From Bacilli bacterium (GTDB lineage Bacteria > Bacillota_I > Bacilli_A > RF39 > UBA660): a stretch of 64,000 nt of DNA. The position numbers and the translations under genes are program-made. The notes under the pieces were generated by a model that was not told the origin of the DNA, made no database searches, and was given only the letters and a program-made list of their open reading frames with translations. The stretch lies in assembly GCA_017553685.1 (NCBI GenBank), contig JAFZKH010000007.1, positions 92,656 to 156,655 of the forward strand, read 5' to 3'. Positions 31,848 to 41,603 of the stretch are shown here, in pieces; position 1 is the first letter of the stretch; every line of letters begins with the position of its first letter.

Positions 31848-33686
31848 TTAATCATCAATATCTTCGTTTATATAAGCATCTAAACCATCTAAAAAATTAT
31901 TTTTTAAAGTTTTAGTTTTTGGTTCTGCTGCTGAAGCTGTTTCTTCTATAACTTTTTTTGAAAATTCTAAAGCAATTCTATTTCTTTCTTCTTTTAATTT
32001 AGCAAAGTGTAATTCTGCAGGAGACATATTTCTTATTTCAGCTTCTTCATCAAAAGATGCTTCTCTAGCAATCTTTTCAGCTTCATTTATAGGTTCAAAC
32101 ATAGCACTAATAGCAGCATTCTCATAAATATAATTAATTAAATCATCACCATTTAAATTAGTTAATAATAGTTCTTTATCACAATGTTCTACAAAAGCAA
32201 ATTTTTTAATTTCTTCTATTTTTTTAGCTAGACGTTCATCATAATCTTTTAAAGCAGCAGCACGATCTTTTTGTAAAGTAAGAAATTTTTGATGAACATC
32301 AGATATTGTTTTATATGTTTTTTCAATACCTTCTTTAGTTTCATCTAATAACTCTGGAAAATCAGGGTCATTTGGATCATCAAATTGACAAACTAAATCT
32401 TCTAAAGTGGCATTGTTACCAATAATATCAAGATTATCATATTTTTTCTTTAAGAATTCCCATAGTATTTTAAACATTTCTATTTGAGGTAAATATAATT
32501 CTTCTTTTAATTTTTTGATTGTTTTACGGTTAAAATATCCTTTACTGCATTCACTTAATTTTACTGATATAGTTCCAAGTTTTGAAAGCAGTTTACCATT
32601 TTTTTCTTCCAACTCTTCACCATCAACCATAGAAAACCTACGAATTAAAGATTGTATTAAATCATAATGATCTTCTGAAAAGTATTTAATTAATTCTTCC
32701 TCTTCTTCTGCATCAGTATGATAAAATGAACCTTTTTCTTTCTTATCTTGAATTCTTAAGTATTCTAATAAATTACTAAAAGCAAAAGCACCTTTAAGAA
32801 TAACTTTATATAAGTATTCATCAAACTCTTTCTTATCAAAATTATAATTACTTAAAAATTCTTTAGTTAGTTCAACTGCAAGACCTATATCACATATAGT
32901 TTCAGATGTAGCTGAATAAACATTAGAGTTTTCAAAAATATCTTCTATAAAAGCTTTAGGCACATCAAGTTTTAAATAAGTTTGCTTTGGATATTTAGGA
33001 TGAGTAGGATATGTTTCTACACTATATTTATGTAGACTCATCATCATATATGCAAGATTTCTAACTTTTTCTGGATCATCTGAAACTTTCTCAAATAGTT
33101 TAAATGATTTTGCTTTATTTTTTATTTCTTCTTCTAGACTCATAGTAATTGAACTATAATCAATTGCTCCAATTAGAATTGATCTTAAAGCTTCATAATC
33201 TAAACTTTCTAAATCTTTCATTTTCTTTCTAACAACATCACGTTTTGAATGTAAATCAGCTAAAAACTTCTTAGCTTCATATATATCCAAATTTATTTTT
33301 TGACCACTATTTACTTTTTCATCTTCATCTTTTTTATTAGTTAAAGATTTTTCTTTTTTCTCTAACTCTTTTAGTTTGCCTTTAACTCTATCCATATCTT
33401 GTTCAATAGCATATTCTTCATCTAAAAGAGATTGTCTTTTTTCTTCTCTTATTTGATCAAGTTTAGCATGAGATGCAAATCTTATATCAAGAATACTTGG
33501 TAAATCTTTTAATCCACTTAAGTATTTCACTAATTTTTCGTTTTTAATTCTTTCAAAACTAGTATTCTCTGCTCTTACACCAGTTTCACCAATTAAATCA
33601 TAGTATGCTTCCATTTTTTTAGCATCTTCTAAATTTATATTTACTTCCTTTAATTCTTTTTCAAATACATTTTCTTTTCTTTCCAT
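31848..33686 (-). CDS. Hypothetical coiled-coil protein (paralog of the adjacent gene)
   Basis: 612-aa ORF, E/K-rich. Confidence 0.75.
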   Translation of the reverse strand: MERKENVFEKELKEVNINLEDAKKMEAYYDLIGETGVRAENTSFERIKNEKLVKYLSGLKDLPSILDIRFASHAKLDQIREEKRQSLLDEEYAIEQDMDRVKGKLKELEKKEKSLTNKKDEDEKVNSGQKINLDIYEAKKFLADLHSKRDVVRKKMKDLESLDYEALRSILIGAIDYSSITMSLEEEIKNKAKSFKLFEKVSDDPEKVRNLAYMMMSLHKYSVETYPTHPKYPKQTYLKLDVPKAFIEDIFENSNVYSATSETICDIGLAVELTKEFLSNYNFDKKEFDEYLYKVILKGAFAFSNLLEYLRIQDKKEKGSFYHTDAEEEEELIKYFSEDHYDLIQSLIRRFSMVDGEELEEKNGKLLSKLGTISVKLSECSKGYFNRKTIKKLKEELYLPQIEMFKILWEFLKKKYDNLDIIGNNATLEDLVCQFDDPNDPDFPELLDETKEGIEKTYKTISDVHQKFLTLQKDRAAALKDYDERLAKKIEEIKKFAFVEHCDKELLLTNLNGDDLINYIYENAAISAMFEPINEAEKIAREASFDEEAEIRNMSPAELHFAKLKEERNRIALEFSKKVIEETASAAEPKTKTLKNNFLDGLDAYINEDIDD

Positions 33687-33707
33687 GTTCCTTACACTTT
33701 CTAAATA

Positions 33708-35564
33708 TTAATCACAATCATAATAATCATCGTCTAAATCATAATCATGACTATTATTATCTTTATTTTCTCTCATTTTATTTTGAATTGCTCTTACCTT
33801 TGCAAGAGTTCTTTTTCTTTCTCTTTTACGTTGTTCTTCTACAATATTAACAAACACTTCACGTTGTTCATTTAATTTAATAATTGCTAATTCTTCTGGA
33901 GTCATACCTTTTATTGTAGCTTCTTCGCTTAATGATATTTGTTGTGCTTCAATCTCAAGTTTTAATAATAATAATGCAGTATTATATAATGCAGCATACT
34001 CATATATTTTTGATATTAACTCATCATTAGTACCTTCCATATATAATATATCAGAGCAACATGCATCACAATTTGTAAATGCTACAATCTTAAATATAAC
34101 CTCTAAAATATCAACTGCTTTTTGTCCAACATTCTTGTCATATTGTGCTGATAAATCTTCAAACTCGTTTACAAGGTCTTTAAGTTCTTCATGTAATTTT
34201 TCTACACAAGTATCCATATTATCATGGAATTCATCATTACCAACTTCAGAATATAATTGGCATTCTAATAAAGGTAAATGAGTAATAGCTTTATATCTTG
34301 TAGCTATATTATCTCTCATTTCTCTAATAAGCTTAATTTGTTCATCTACAAGAGGAGCTAATTCTTTATTTCTTCTCTTTTTACTAATAAACTTTTTATT
34401 TTTTAATCTTAAGAATTTAGTATCAAGTGAATCTACTTTTTCATAATTAAATAAGTCATAACCAATAGTTAATAATCTACCCATACGATTATTAGTAAAG
34501 AATGAAAGAATTTCATTTTGTTCATCTGTATTTTCAGGATCACCATAAACAAGATGTTTACCATTTGCTTTCTTACAAGCTTCATCATATTTATATAATG
34601 CTTCAAAGTCTTTACCAAAATAATATATCTTAGTTCTAATATCTTCATAGGTTTTCATTTGTACAGAATTAATTCTATAGTATTCTTTAACTGTTTTAAC
34701 CATATCTTCGATATCAAGTATTTCACCAGTAGATGAATCATATGAAGCATTTCTATCAAATCCGTTTTCTATTAAACGAATAGGCATATTTTTTATACTT
34801 ACCTTATGAGGATCATAATAAACAGATTTAGGTTTAGTTTCAGTTTTCTCTTTAAATTCATTTAATAATCCAACTAATTCATTAACTCTTTCTGGTGTTA
34901 CTGCTGCTTTAGAGAATAATTCATATCTATCCATAGTAGATTCTAATTCATCTACTTTATCTAATATTTCATCAGATCCTTCAATACCATCTAATAAATG
35001 ATTTCTATAGTCATCTAAAGACATATTATCAAGTTCAGATAATTCATTTAATAATACATCTAATTCTTTTTCTTTCTTAGATTTAAAATCTTCTATTTCT
35101 TCCTTAGATGTTTTATTTTCAATACCTGTTTTTACTATTTCATCAATAATCTTTTGTTCTTCTTCTGTTGGTTTAATAGTTTTAGACTTTTTAGCATCAG
35201 TATATTTTTCTAGTAATTCTTCATCTAATCTATCAAATTCTCTTACTTTATTTAAATCAATAGCAATAGATCCTTTAACAGATTGTATTCTTTGAGCTTT
35301 TCTAGTCATTTCTATTTGTTTCAAAAAATCTAATTGTTCATCTGAAGCATATTCTATATATAATACTTTAGGCAATAAAGTAAAAGGTTTTAAAGCTTCT
35401 ATTTCTTTTTCTATACCTGTTACAACAGCTTTAGCATTCTTATATTTTTCTCCAGTATTATCAATAGATTCATAATACTTTTCTATTGTTCTTGATTTTT
35501 CAAGTCTTTCTTTAGCATTAGATAATAATTCTTCTACTTTTTTAAAATAATCTAAATTTTCCAT
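33708..35564 (-). CDS. Hypothetical coiled-coil protein (paralog of the adjacent gene)
   Basis: 618-aa ORF, GGGGGAG RBS. Confidence 0.75.
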   Translation of the reverse strand: MENLDYFKKVEELLSNAKERLEKSRTIEKYYESIDNTGEKYKNAKAVVTGIEKEIEALKPFTLLPKVLYIEYASDEQLDFLKQIEMTRKAQRIQSVKGSIAIDLNKVREFDRLDEELLEKYTDAKKSKTIKPTEEEQKIIDEIVKTGIENKTSKEEIEDFKSKKEKELDVLLNELSELDNMSLDDYRNHLLDGIEGSDEILDKVDELESTMDRYELFSKAAVTPERVNELVGLLNEFKEKTETKPKSVYYDPHKVSIKNMPIRLIENGFDRNASYDSSTGEILDIEDMVKTVKEYYRINSVQMKTYEDIRTKIYYFGKDFEALYKYDEACKKANGKHLVYGDPENTDEQNEILSFFTNNRMGRLLTIGYDLFNYEKVDSLDTKFLRLKNKKFISKKRRNKELAPLVDEQIKLIREMRDNIATRYKAITHLPLLECQLYSEVGNDEFHDNMDTCVEKLHEELKDLVNEFEDLSAQYDKNVGQKAVDILEVIFKIVAFTNCDACCSDILYMEGTNDELISKIYEYAALYNTALLLLKLEIEAQQISLSEEATIKGMTPEELAIIKLNEQREVFVNIVEEQRKRERKRTLAKVRAIQNKMRENKDNNSHDYDLDDDYYDCD

Positions 35565-35677
35565 TTATACTCCCCCATCGAAATAAATCGATATGCAATA
35601 TATTATATATTAAATATATATCTATATTCAAGATATTATTATTAAAATATGTTATAATTATTAAAGGAAGTGATATT

Positions 35678-36904
35678 ATGGAAAAGCCTTTAGCAATTAA
35701 ACTTAGACCTACTAAATTAAGTGATGTTATAGGTCAAGATCATTTAACTAGTAAAGATGCTCCTATATACAATTTAGTACATAATGGTAAAGTGTTTTCT
35801 ATGATATTATATGGTGAACCTGGTACTGGTAAAACTAGTATTGCTAATGTAATAGCAGAAAATACAAAGAATAAATATAGATTTTTAAATGCTGTTACAT
35901 GTAATAAAAAAGATATAGAAATAGTAGTAGAAGAAGCTAAAATGTATGATGGTATTATATTAATACTAGATGAAATACATAGATTAAATAAAGATAAACA
36001 AGATTTATTATTACCACACCTTGAATCAGGATTAATAGTTTTAATAGGATTAACTACATCTAATCCATATTTTAGAATTAATCCTGCTATAAGAAGTAGA
36101 TGTCAAATATTTAAACTAAATACTCTTAAAAAAGAAGATATTATTAAGGGACTTAATAAAGCAATTAAATCTGAATATTTAACTGGTATTAAGATTAAAA
36201 AAGATGCAATAGAATATATAGCAGAACTTTCTTCTTTTGATCTTAGATATGCATATAATCTATTAGAGTTATGCTACTACTCTACTTCAGATAAAAATAT
36301 AACTATAGATGTAATTAAAAAAATAAATAATAAACCAGTAATAATATCAGATTCAGATGAATCTGGTCATTATGATTTATTATCTGCTTTTCAAAAGTCT
36401 ATTAGAGGTTCTGATGTTAATGCTGCACTATACTATTTAGCTAGATTAATAACTATTGGTGATTTAGATTCAATCTATAGAAGAATGACAGTTATAGCAT
36501 ATGAAGATATAGGATTAGCTAATCCATCTATTGGACCTAAAGTAGATGCTGCTATTAATGCATGTGAAAGAGTTGGTATGCCAGAAGGAAGAATCCCTCT
36601 ATCTGTAGTAATTACAGAGATGGCATTATCTCCTAAAAGTAATTCAGCACATGTTGCTTTAGATGAAGCTCTAAAAGATGCAGAATCAGGTTTAAATTAT
36701 GAAATACCAGATACTATTAAAATAACTAGTACAACATATAAGTATCCTCATGATTATCCAGGATCATATATTAAGCAACAATATCTTCCAAAAGAACTAG
36801 AAGGAAGAAAATATTATAAAGCTAAATTAACTAGTAAATATGAACAATCATTAAATGAAATATATCAAAAAATAGAAGAAATAAATAAAAAAGAAGATAT
36901 TTAA
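35678..36904 (+). CDS. rarA: Replication-associated recombination protein A
   Basis: PLAIKLRP, GEPGTGKT, DEIHR, SAFQKSIRGSD, YKYPHDY. Confidence 0.95.
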   Translation: MEKPLAIKLRPTKLSDVIGQDHLTSKDAPIYNLVHNGKVFSMILYGEPGTGKTSIANVIAENTKNKYRFLNAVTCNKKDIEIVVEEAKMYDGIILILDEIHRLNKDKQDLLLPHLESGLIVLIGLTTSNPYFRINPAIRSRCQIFKLNTLKKEDIIKGLNKAIKSEYLTGIKIKKDAIEYIAELSSFDLRYAYNLLELCYYSTSDKNITIDVIKKINNKPVIISDSDESGHYDLLSAFQKSIRGSDVNAALYYLARLITIGDLDSIYRRMTVIAYEDIGLANPSIGPKVDAAINACERVGMPEGRIPLSVVITEMALSPKSNSAHVALDEALKDAESGLNYEIPDTIKITSTTYKYPHDYPGSYIKQQYLPKELEGRKYYKAKLTSKYEQSLNEIYQKIEEINKKEDI

Positions 36905-36913
36905 TCTTCTTTT
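36883..36913 (+). repeat. Bidirectional terminator, copy 1 of a ~30-bp direct repeat (copy 2 at 38006-38035) flanking the Fic gene
   Basis: AAATAAAAAAGAAGATAT(T)TAATCTTCTTTT occurs twice, differing by one indel. Confidence 0.85.
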
Positions 36914-37909
36914 TTATACTTTATAATACATTTGATTTTTACTAGTAGGTTTATCAGGATTAGTCATTTTAATTAAACCATTATCTAAAGCAGGTTTTAA
37001 ATAGTTATCTCTAAATGATATTCTAGATTTCATATTTAGTTTATTCATTAGTTCTACTGTATTCATTGAAATACCAGGCTCCATTACATCTAATAGTTTA
37101 TTTACATAAGAACTAATATGATTGCTTTGTTCTCCAGTACTTTTTAATAAGTCTTCTATTGTTTCATCAATGACTTTTAACATAAATTCTATAAATTTAG
37201 TAGATTCGCCTTCACGATCACAGTCTGCAATAACTTTATAATATTCATCTTGATGCTTTTTTATTTGTGTTTCTATAGGAACATATTCGAATAATTCTTC
37301 CCAATTATATAAAATAACATTTTGCCATAATCTAGCCATTCTACCATTACCATCTTTAAATGGATGAATAAATACAAATTCATAATGAAAGATAGATGAT
37401 AATATTAATGGATGTAAAAATTCACTACATTCTTTCATCCATTCAAATAACTGTGTCATTAAACTATCTATTTGTTCTGGTGGTGGACATACATGAATAC
37501 ATACACCATTTTCATCAAATACACCTTCATTACCTTTTCTAAACTTACCTGATTCATCTATTAATAAATGGGTCATTACACCATGAACTAATTTTAAATC
37601 TTTTATAGAATATTGATCTACTTTATCTATTAAATTATATGCATCATATGCATTTTTTACTTCTTGTATATCATCTAGAGGTCCAATAACACTTTTACCA
37701 TCTATGATATCCATTACTTGATCAAAAGATAATGAATTAGCTTCTATAGACAATGATGAATGTATAGAATGGATTCTATTATTTCTTCTTAATATAGGCA
37801 TTTTATTTATATCTCTAAAATTATCAAGTTTTCCAATTTTTTCCATAATACTAGATAATCTATCAATCATTAAATAAGTTAAATCAAATGGTGGAATATA
37901 TTTATCCAT
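36914..37909 (-). CDS. Fic family protein with C-terminal HTH
   Basis: HPFKDGNGRMAR Fic motif; SLSIEAN inhibitory-like motif; PDKPTSKNQMY terminus. Confidence 0.92.
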   Translation of the reverse strand: MDKYIPPFDLTYLMIDRLSSIMEKIGKLDNFRDINKMPILRRNNRIHSIHSSLSIEANSLSFDQVMDIIDGKSVIGPLDDIQEVKNAYDAYNLIDKVDQYSIKDLKLVHGVMTHLLIDESGKFRKGNEGVFDENGVCIHVCPPPEQIDSLMTQLFEWMKECSEFLHPLILSSIFHYEFVFIHPFKDGNGRMARLWQNVILYNWEELFEYVPIETQIKKHQDEYYKVIADCDREGESTKFIEFMLKVIDETIEDLLKSTGEQSNHISSYVNKLLDVMEPGISMNTVELMNKLNMKSRISFRDNYLKPALDNGLIKMTNPDKPTSKNQMYYKV

Positions 37910-38022
37910 GTAAATCACCTCAATTATATATAAATATTATAATATATATTATACATATAATCAATCATCTTATATGTTTTTCTATATGTTTTCTTGTATG
38001 TTAAAAAATAAAAAAGAAGATA

Positions 38023-38709
38023 TTAATCTTCTTTTATTATGTCTTTTATTATATAGTCTGCAATTAATATTCCAGCATAATTAGTAACAGGGCTATAAGA
38101 GTAAATTATATCCCCTTTTTTGGCCTCTTCTGTACTAGAAACTACAATTATATTATCATCTATATTTTCATCTCTTAAACGCTTTCTAATTACTTTAGCA
38201 AGTGGATCATAAGAAGTCTTCTTTAAAGTAGTTATTTCTACCTTTTTAGTATCTAACTTCTTACCCATTCCCATAGATGATATTATCTTTTTATTATACT
38301 TTTTAGCATACTTAATTAATAATATTTTAGTATCTACTGTATCACAGCAATCTATTACATAATCAAAATCTAATTTAAATACTTCATCTATATTAGATAC
38401 ATCTAAGAATTCATTTATAACAGTTACATTACATTTATTATTTATATCTAAAATTCTTTCTTTAAATGCATCACATTTATATTTACTTATAGTAGAATCT
38501 AATGCTATTATTTGTCTGTTTTTATTAGTTATATCTACTTTATCTTTATCTATTATAATAATATCCTCTATACCATTTCTAACTAGAGTCTCAAGAGCAT
38601 ATCCTCCTACTCCTCCGACTCCTACTAATAGTATTTTAGTATTATGTAATTTTTCTACATTATTTATTCCAATTAAACCTTCTAATCTCTCAAACATATT
38701 TAACTCCAT
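38023..38709 (-). CDS. tcdA: tRNA threonylcarbamoyladenosine dehydratase (ThiF family)
   Basis: GVGGVGG, DKVDITNKNRQ, SSMGMG, DPLAKVIRK; synteny with rarA and 6S RNA. Confidence 0.88.
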   Translation of the reverse strand: MELNMFERLEGLIGINNVEKLHNTKILLVGVGGVGGYALETLVRNGIEDIIIIDKDKVDITNKNRQIIALDSTISKYKCDAFKERILDINNKCNVTVINEFLDVSNIDEVFKLDFDYVIDCCDTVDTKILLIKYAKKYNKKIISSMGMGKKLDTKKVEITTLKKTSYDPLAKVIRKRLRDENIDDNIIVVSSTEEAKKGDIIYSYSPVTNYAGILIADYIIKDIIKED

Positions 38710-38714
38710 AAAAA

Positions 38715-38881
38715 TAGATATAGGAAACCGGCAACGTTAAACCTACACGTATGTGCAGGTGGGTGCCCTGTGATACACTTTAGGATTCCCAAATTAAGGG
38801 CATTCACACCATGTATCATTCCCGGCTCCCTTATAAATAGTTTAGTCGGTTAAATACACTTCCCAGTTTCCTATATCTACC
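38715..38881 (-). ncRNA. ssrS: 6S RNA
   Basis: Ends pair (AGATATAGGAAAC/GTTTCCTATATCT); GGGAGC and GGCACCCACCTG motifs typical of Bacillota 6S; TTGACT...TATAAT promoter at 38886-38914; upstream of tcdA like B. subtilis bsrA-yrvM. Confidence 0.88.
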
Positions 38882-38917
38882 TTAATTATAATGTCTCTTT
38901 TTACTAAAAGTCAATTC

Positions 38918-38998
38918 TTGAAATTACCAAAAATTTATGTTATAATGAGTTTAACAATTGGGGTAAAAATAAAAGAGAACTATTATTAGTTCTCTTTT
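38918..38998 (+). promoter_or_regulatory. Consensus promoter followed almost directly by a terminator, no ORF between
   Basis: TTGAAA-17-(TG)TATAAT at 38918-38946, then AAAAGAGAACTA-TTAT-TAGTTCTCTTTT. Confidence 0.6.
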
Positions 38999-39207
38999 TA
39001 TATTAATTTTAAATATATACTTTTTAGTTTATCTTCAGGTACTTTTAAATCCCTAAGTATTGAATAAGCATATTCAATATCCATATTTAAAAAGCAATTA
39101 TCTTTTTTTAATATTTCTTTTATTAAAGTATACTTTTTTAATTCTTTAGGATTATTTTTATTAACACTTATTAATCTATCACAAATATTTCTTAAATCAT
39201 TAATCAT
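38998..39207 (-). CDS. Small hypothetical protein coupled to the upstream gene
   Basis: GGAGG RBS inside the upstream ORF; ATG 39207 overlaps its stop. Confidence 0.65.
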   Translation of the reverse strand: MINDLRNICDRLISVNKNNPKELKKYTLIKEILKKDNCFLNMDIEYAYSILRDLKVPEDKLKSIYLKLI

Positions 39208-40939
39208 ATCTTGGGCCTCCAACTTTTATACCAGGTACTAACGGATCATCATCTTCTATATATTCATATATATATTGATTAAATCTAGATTGAAGTTCTT
39301 CTATTGATATATCTTCTAAATAATCCTTATCAGGTACATATAAATAATACTTGGTATATTCCGGATTATCATTAAAACTTAATCCATTTAAATATATAAT
39401 AGCTATTCCTAAAGCTTCTTTGCTTTTATCTTCAGGGCAATTATTTCTAACAATAGAAATACCAAAATTATCTTTTTGTTTTCTACTAAATAATACACGT
39501 TTTAATTGAAGTAAATAATCAAATGAGTCCATACCTTTTAATCCCTCTTTATTTACTTTATCAATTAATATATTTAATCTATCTTCAAAACTTATTTCTG
39601 CTATATTATCTGTAGTTAAAGAATACTCATTAAGAAGATCCTCTAAACTAATTTCTGTTTCTATCTTATGTTTATTAATACTTTCATCTTGTTTAGCAAT
39701 TAAAGTATACATTTTAGTAATAGCTTCTTTAAACTCTTTTTGAGTTTTTAAACTGTTGTTTATACATTTAAAACCTAATAATGGTTCATTTAATTTTACT
39801 CTTGCCATATCATTTTTGTTTAATATTTCAGAAACAGAATCAACAAATACAAGAAATTTATCTATTCTAAATGTTAAACTAGCGTGAGGTCCACCATATG
39901 ATTCCTCACACATTTCTTTATATTCACTCTCAAAATGAATTCCAAGATCATGTAAGAACTTAGAATACATAGCATTAAATTCAAAGCATACAGCATTATT
40001 ATTTTCTTTATTAATGGTAGTTATATATTCAACATTACTATGTCTTTGCGCTACAGGTCCTCTTTGACTTACTGCATAATATTCTTCATCATATGATAAT
40101 TCTTTACACATTTTAATATAAATATATGCTGCTTTTTCTATTAAAGATGCATCTGTAGGTATTCCATTAAGTATAGATTCTTTAAGTTCTTCATCCATTA
40201 CTACTTTTTGATAAATGGTATCTGTAGTAGTTAGAAATCTATTAATTGCTTGAGTATCAATAGCATTATGAGACATTAATGAAAAATATCTAGTAATAAA
40301 AGCTTGAGGAACTAAATAATTATCAAATGACTTATTCTTTTTTAGAAATGATAAAGTTGCATAAGCAAAATGTTCTTTAGGTATTCCATTAATATATTCA
40401 TCTTCTTCACATATTCTTTTATATTCTTCTACAGGTAAATCCATAAAATTAAAGATTTGTTCTATAGGTATAGAATACTTATTACCATCAATAAAAATAT
40501 TAAGATTATTACCCTTATTTACTTCTTTAAATTTATCATATGTAATTAAGTCTCTAAGATATTCATATCTTTCTTTTGCTACATCACCTAATTCTAGTTT
40601 CCCATCTTGAATTAGTTTTTCAATAGCATGAATTATATTTGTTTTAGTATAACTACTTCCAATATTACCAGCAGTATCACCATAAATAATATATGAAGCT
40701 TTAAAGAAATCTATATCCCCATTAAATAGTCTTGAAGCATATTCAAAATAATTACTTTTTTCTAATATATTCTTAATAAATTGGATATTAATATCTTTAT
40801 CATCAACTTCTACTTTATCAGATTTTTTTAGTTCTTCCATTTCTATAATAGAAACATATAAAGTAGTATCAGAATATGTTTTTAATTCAGGCCACATTTC
40901 CAATGCTTTTTCAACAGATATTTCTTCTACTTCACTCAT
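39200..40939 (-). CDS. Hypothetical protein, transglutaminase-like Cys-His-Asp fold
   Basis: YIYIKMC..LSYDEEY, AVCFEFN, HASL, FVDS. Confidence 0.55.
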   Translation of the reverse strand: MSEVEEISVEKALEMWPELKTYSDTTLYVSIIEMEELKKSDKVEVDDKDINIQFIKNILEKSNYFEYASRLFNGDIDFFKASYIIYGDTAGNIGSSYTKTNIIHAIEKLIQDGKLELGDVAKERYEYLRDLITYDKFKEVNKGNNLNIFIDGNKYSIPIEQIFNFMDLPVEEYKRICEEDEYINGIPKEHFAYATLSFLKKNKSFDNYLVPQAFITRYFSLMSHNAIDTQAINRFLTTTDTIYQKVVMDEELKESILNGIPTDASLIEKAAYIYIKMCKELSYDEEYYAVSQRGPVAQRHSNVEYITTINKENNNAVCFEFNAMYSKFLHDLGIHFESEYKEMCEESYGGPHASLTFRIDKFLVFVDSVSEILNKNDMARVKLNEPLLGFKCINNSLKTQKEFKEAITKMYTLIAKQDESINKHKIETEISLEDLLNEYSLTTDNIAEISFEDRLNILIDKVNKEGLKGMDSFDYLLQLKRVLFSRKQKDNFGISIVRNNCPEDKSKEALGIAIIYLNGLSFNDNPEYTKYYLYVPDKDYLEDISIEELQSRFNQYIYEYIEDDDPLVPGIKVGGPRYD

Positions 40940-41002
40940 ATTATTCACCTACTATATATATTATAACAAAAAAATCATAGATTTTATCTATGATTTTTAA
41001 TC

Positions 41003-41593
41003 TTATAATAATTCTTTTGGTTCGTCTTCAGCATCATATATTGATAATAATTCTTTATCAATGCTTTCTAATCTCTTGTATATTTTAGCTTTAGCATTTT
41101 TATCATCAGTTTTATCTAATAAATCTTCTAAATATGCTTGTTCTTCCTCTAATTTATCAGTTTTACTAAATCCTTTAACACCTAAAGCCTCTTTATATTT
41201 TATATCTGTTGGACTTCCTGCAGGACAATGTAATAAATCTTTTACAAAGTCGCTTTCTCTTATACTTCTTAATCTATTAGGATTACAAAATTGATGATAT
41301 AATCTAGAATTATCAAAAGTTTTAAATAATGGTGTTTCTTTTACTTTGCCATTATTATCAATTTCATAAATTTCAATAGAACCATATAATTCAATAATTT
41401 GTAAACAAGGTAAACTTGCAAAATAACTTATATAATCATCTGTTACAAATAATGGTGTTTTTACAGTAGTATCATTTATACTTCTATCAGGAAGATCTCC
41501 TACTTCAGCTGCTCCAAATGATCCTTAATAAGATGAATTATTAGAATATGTTATATGTTGATAATTTTTGCTTTTCATTATTAAATATTTCAT
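41003..41593 (-). pseudogene. Orphan gene interrupted by an in-frame TAA at codon 23
   Basis: AGGAG RBS, ATG 41593, stop at 41525-41527, same frame stays open for 173 more codons to 41003. Confidence 0.7.
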
Positions 41594-41603
41594 AAATATA
41601 CTC

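Noticed and set aside
41525..41527. Stop-codon reassignment explaining the internal TAA
   Set aside because: TAA, TAG and TGA all end genuine genes in this window, and Trp is encoded by TGG
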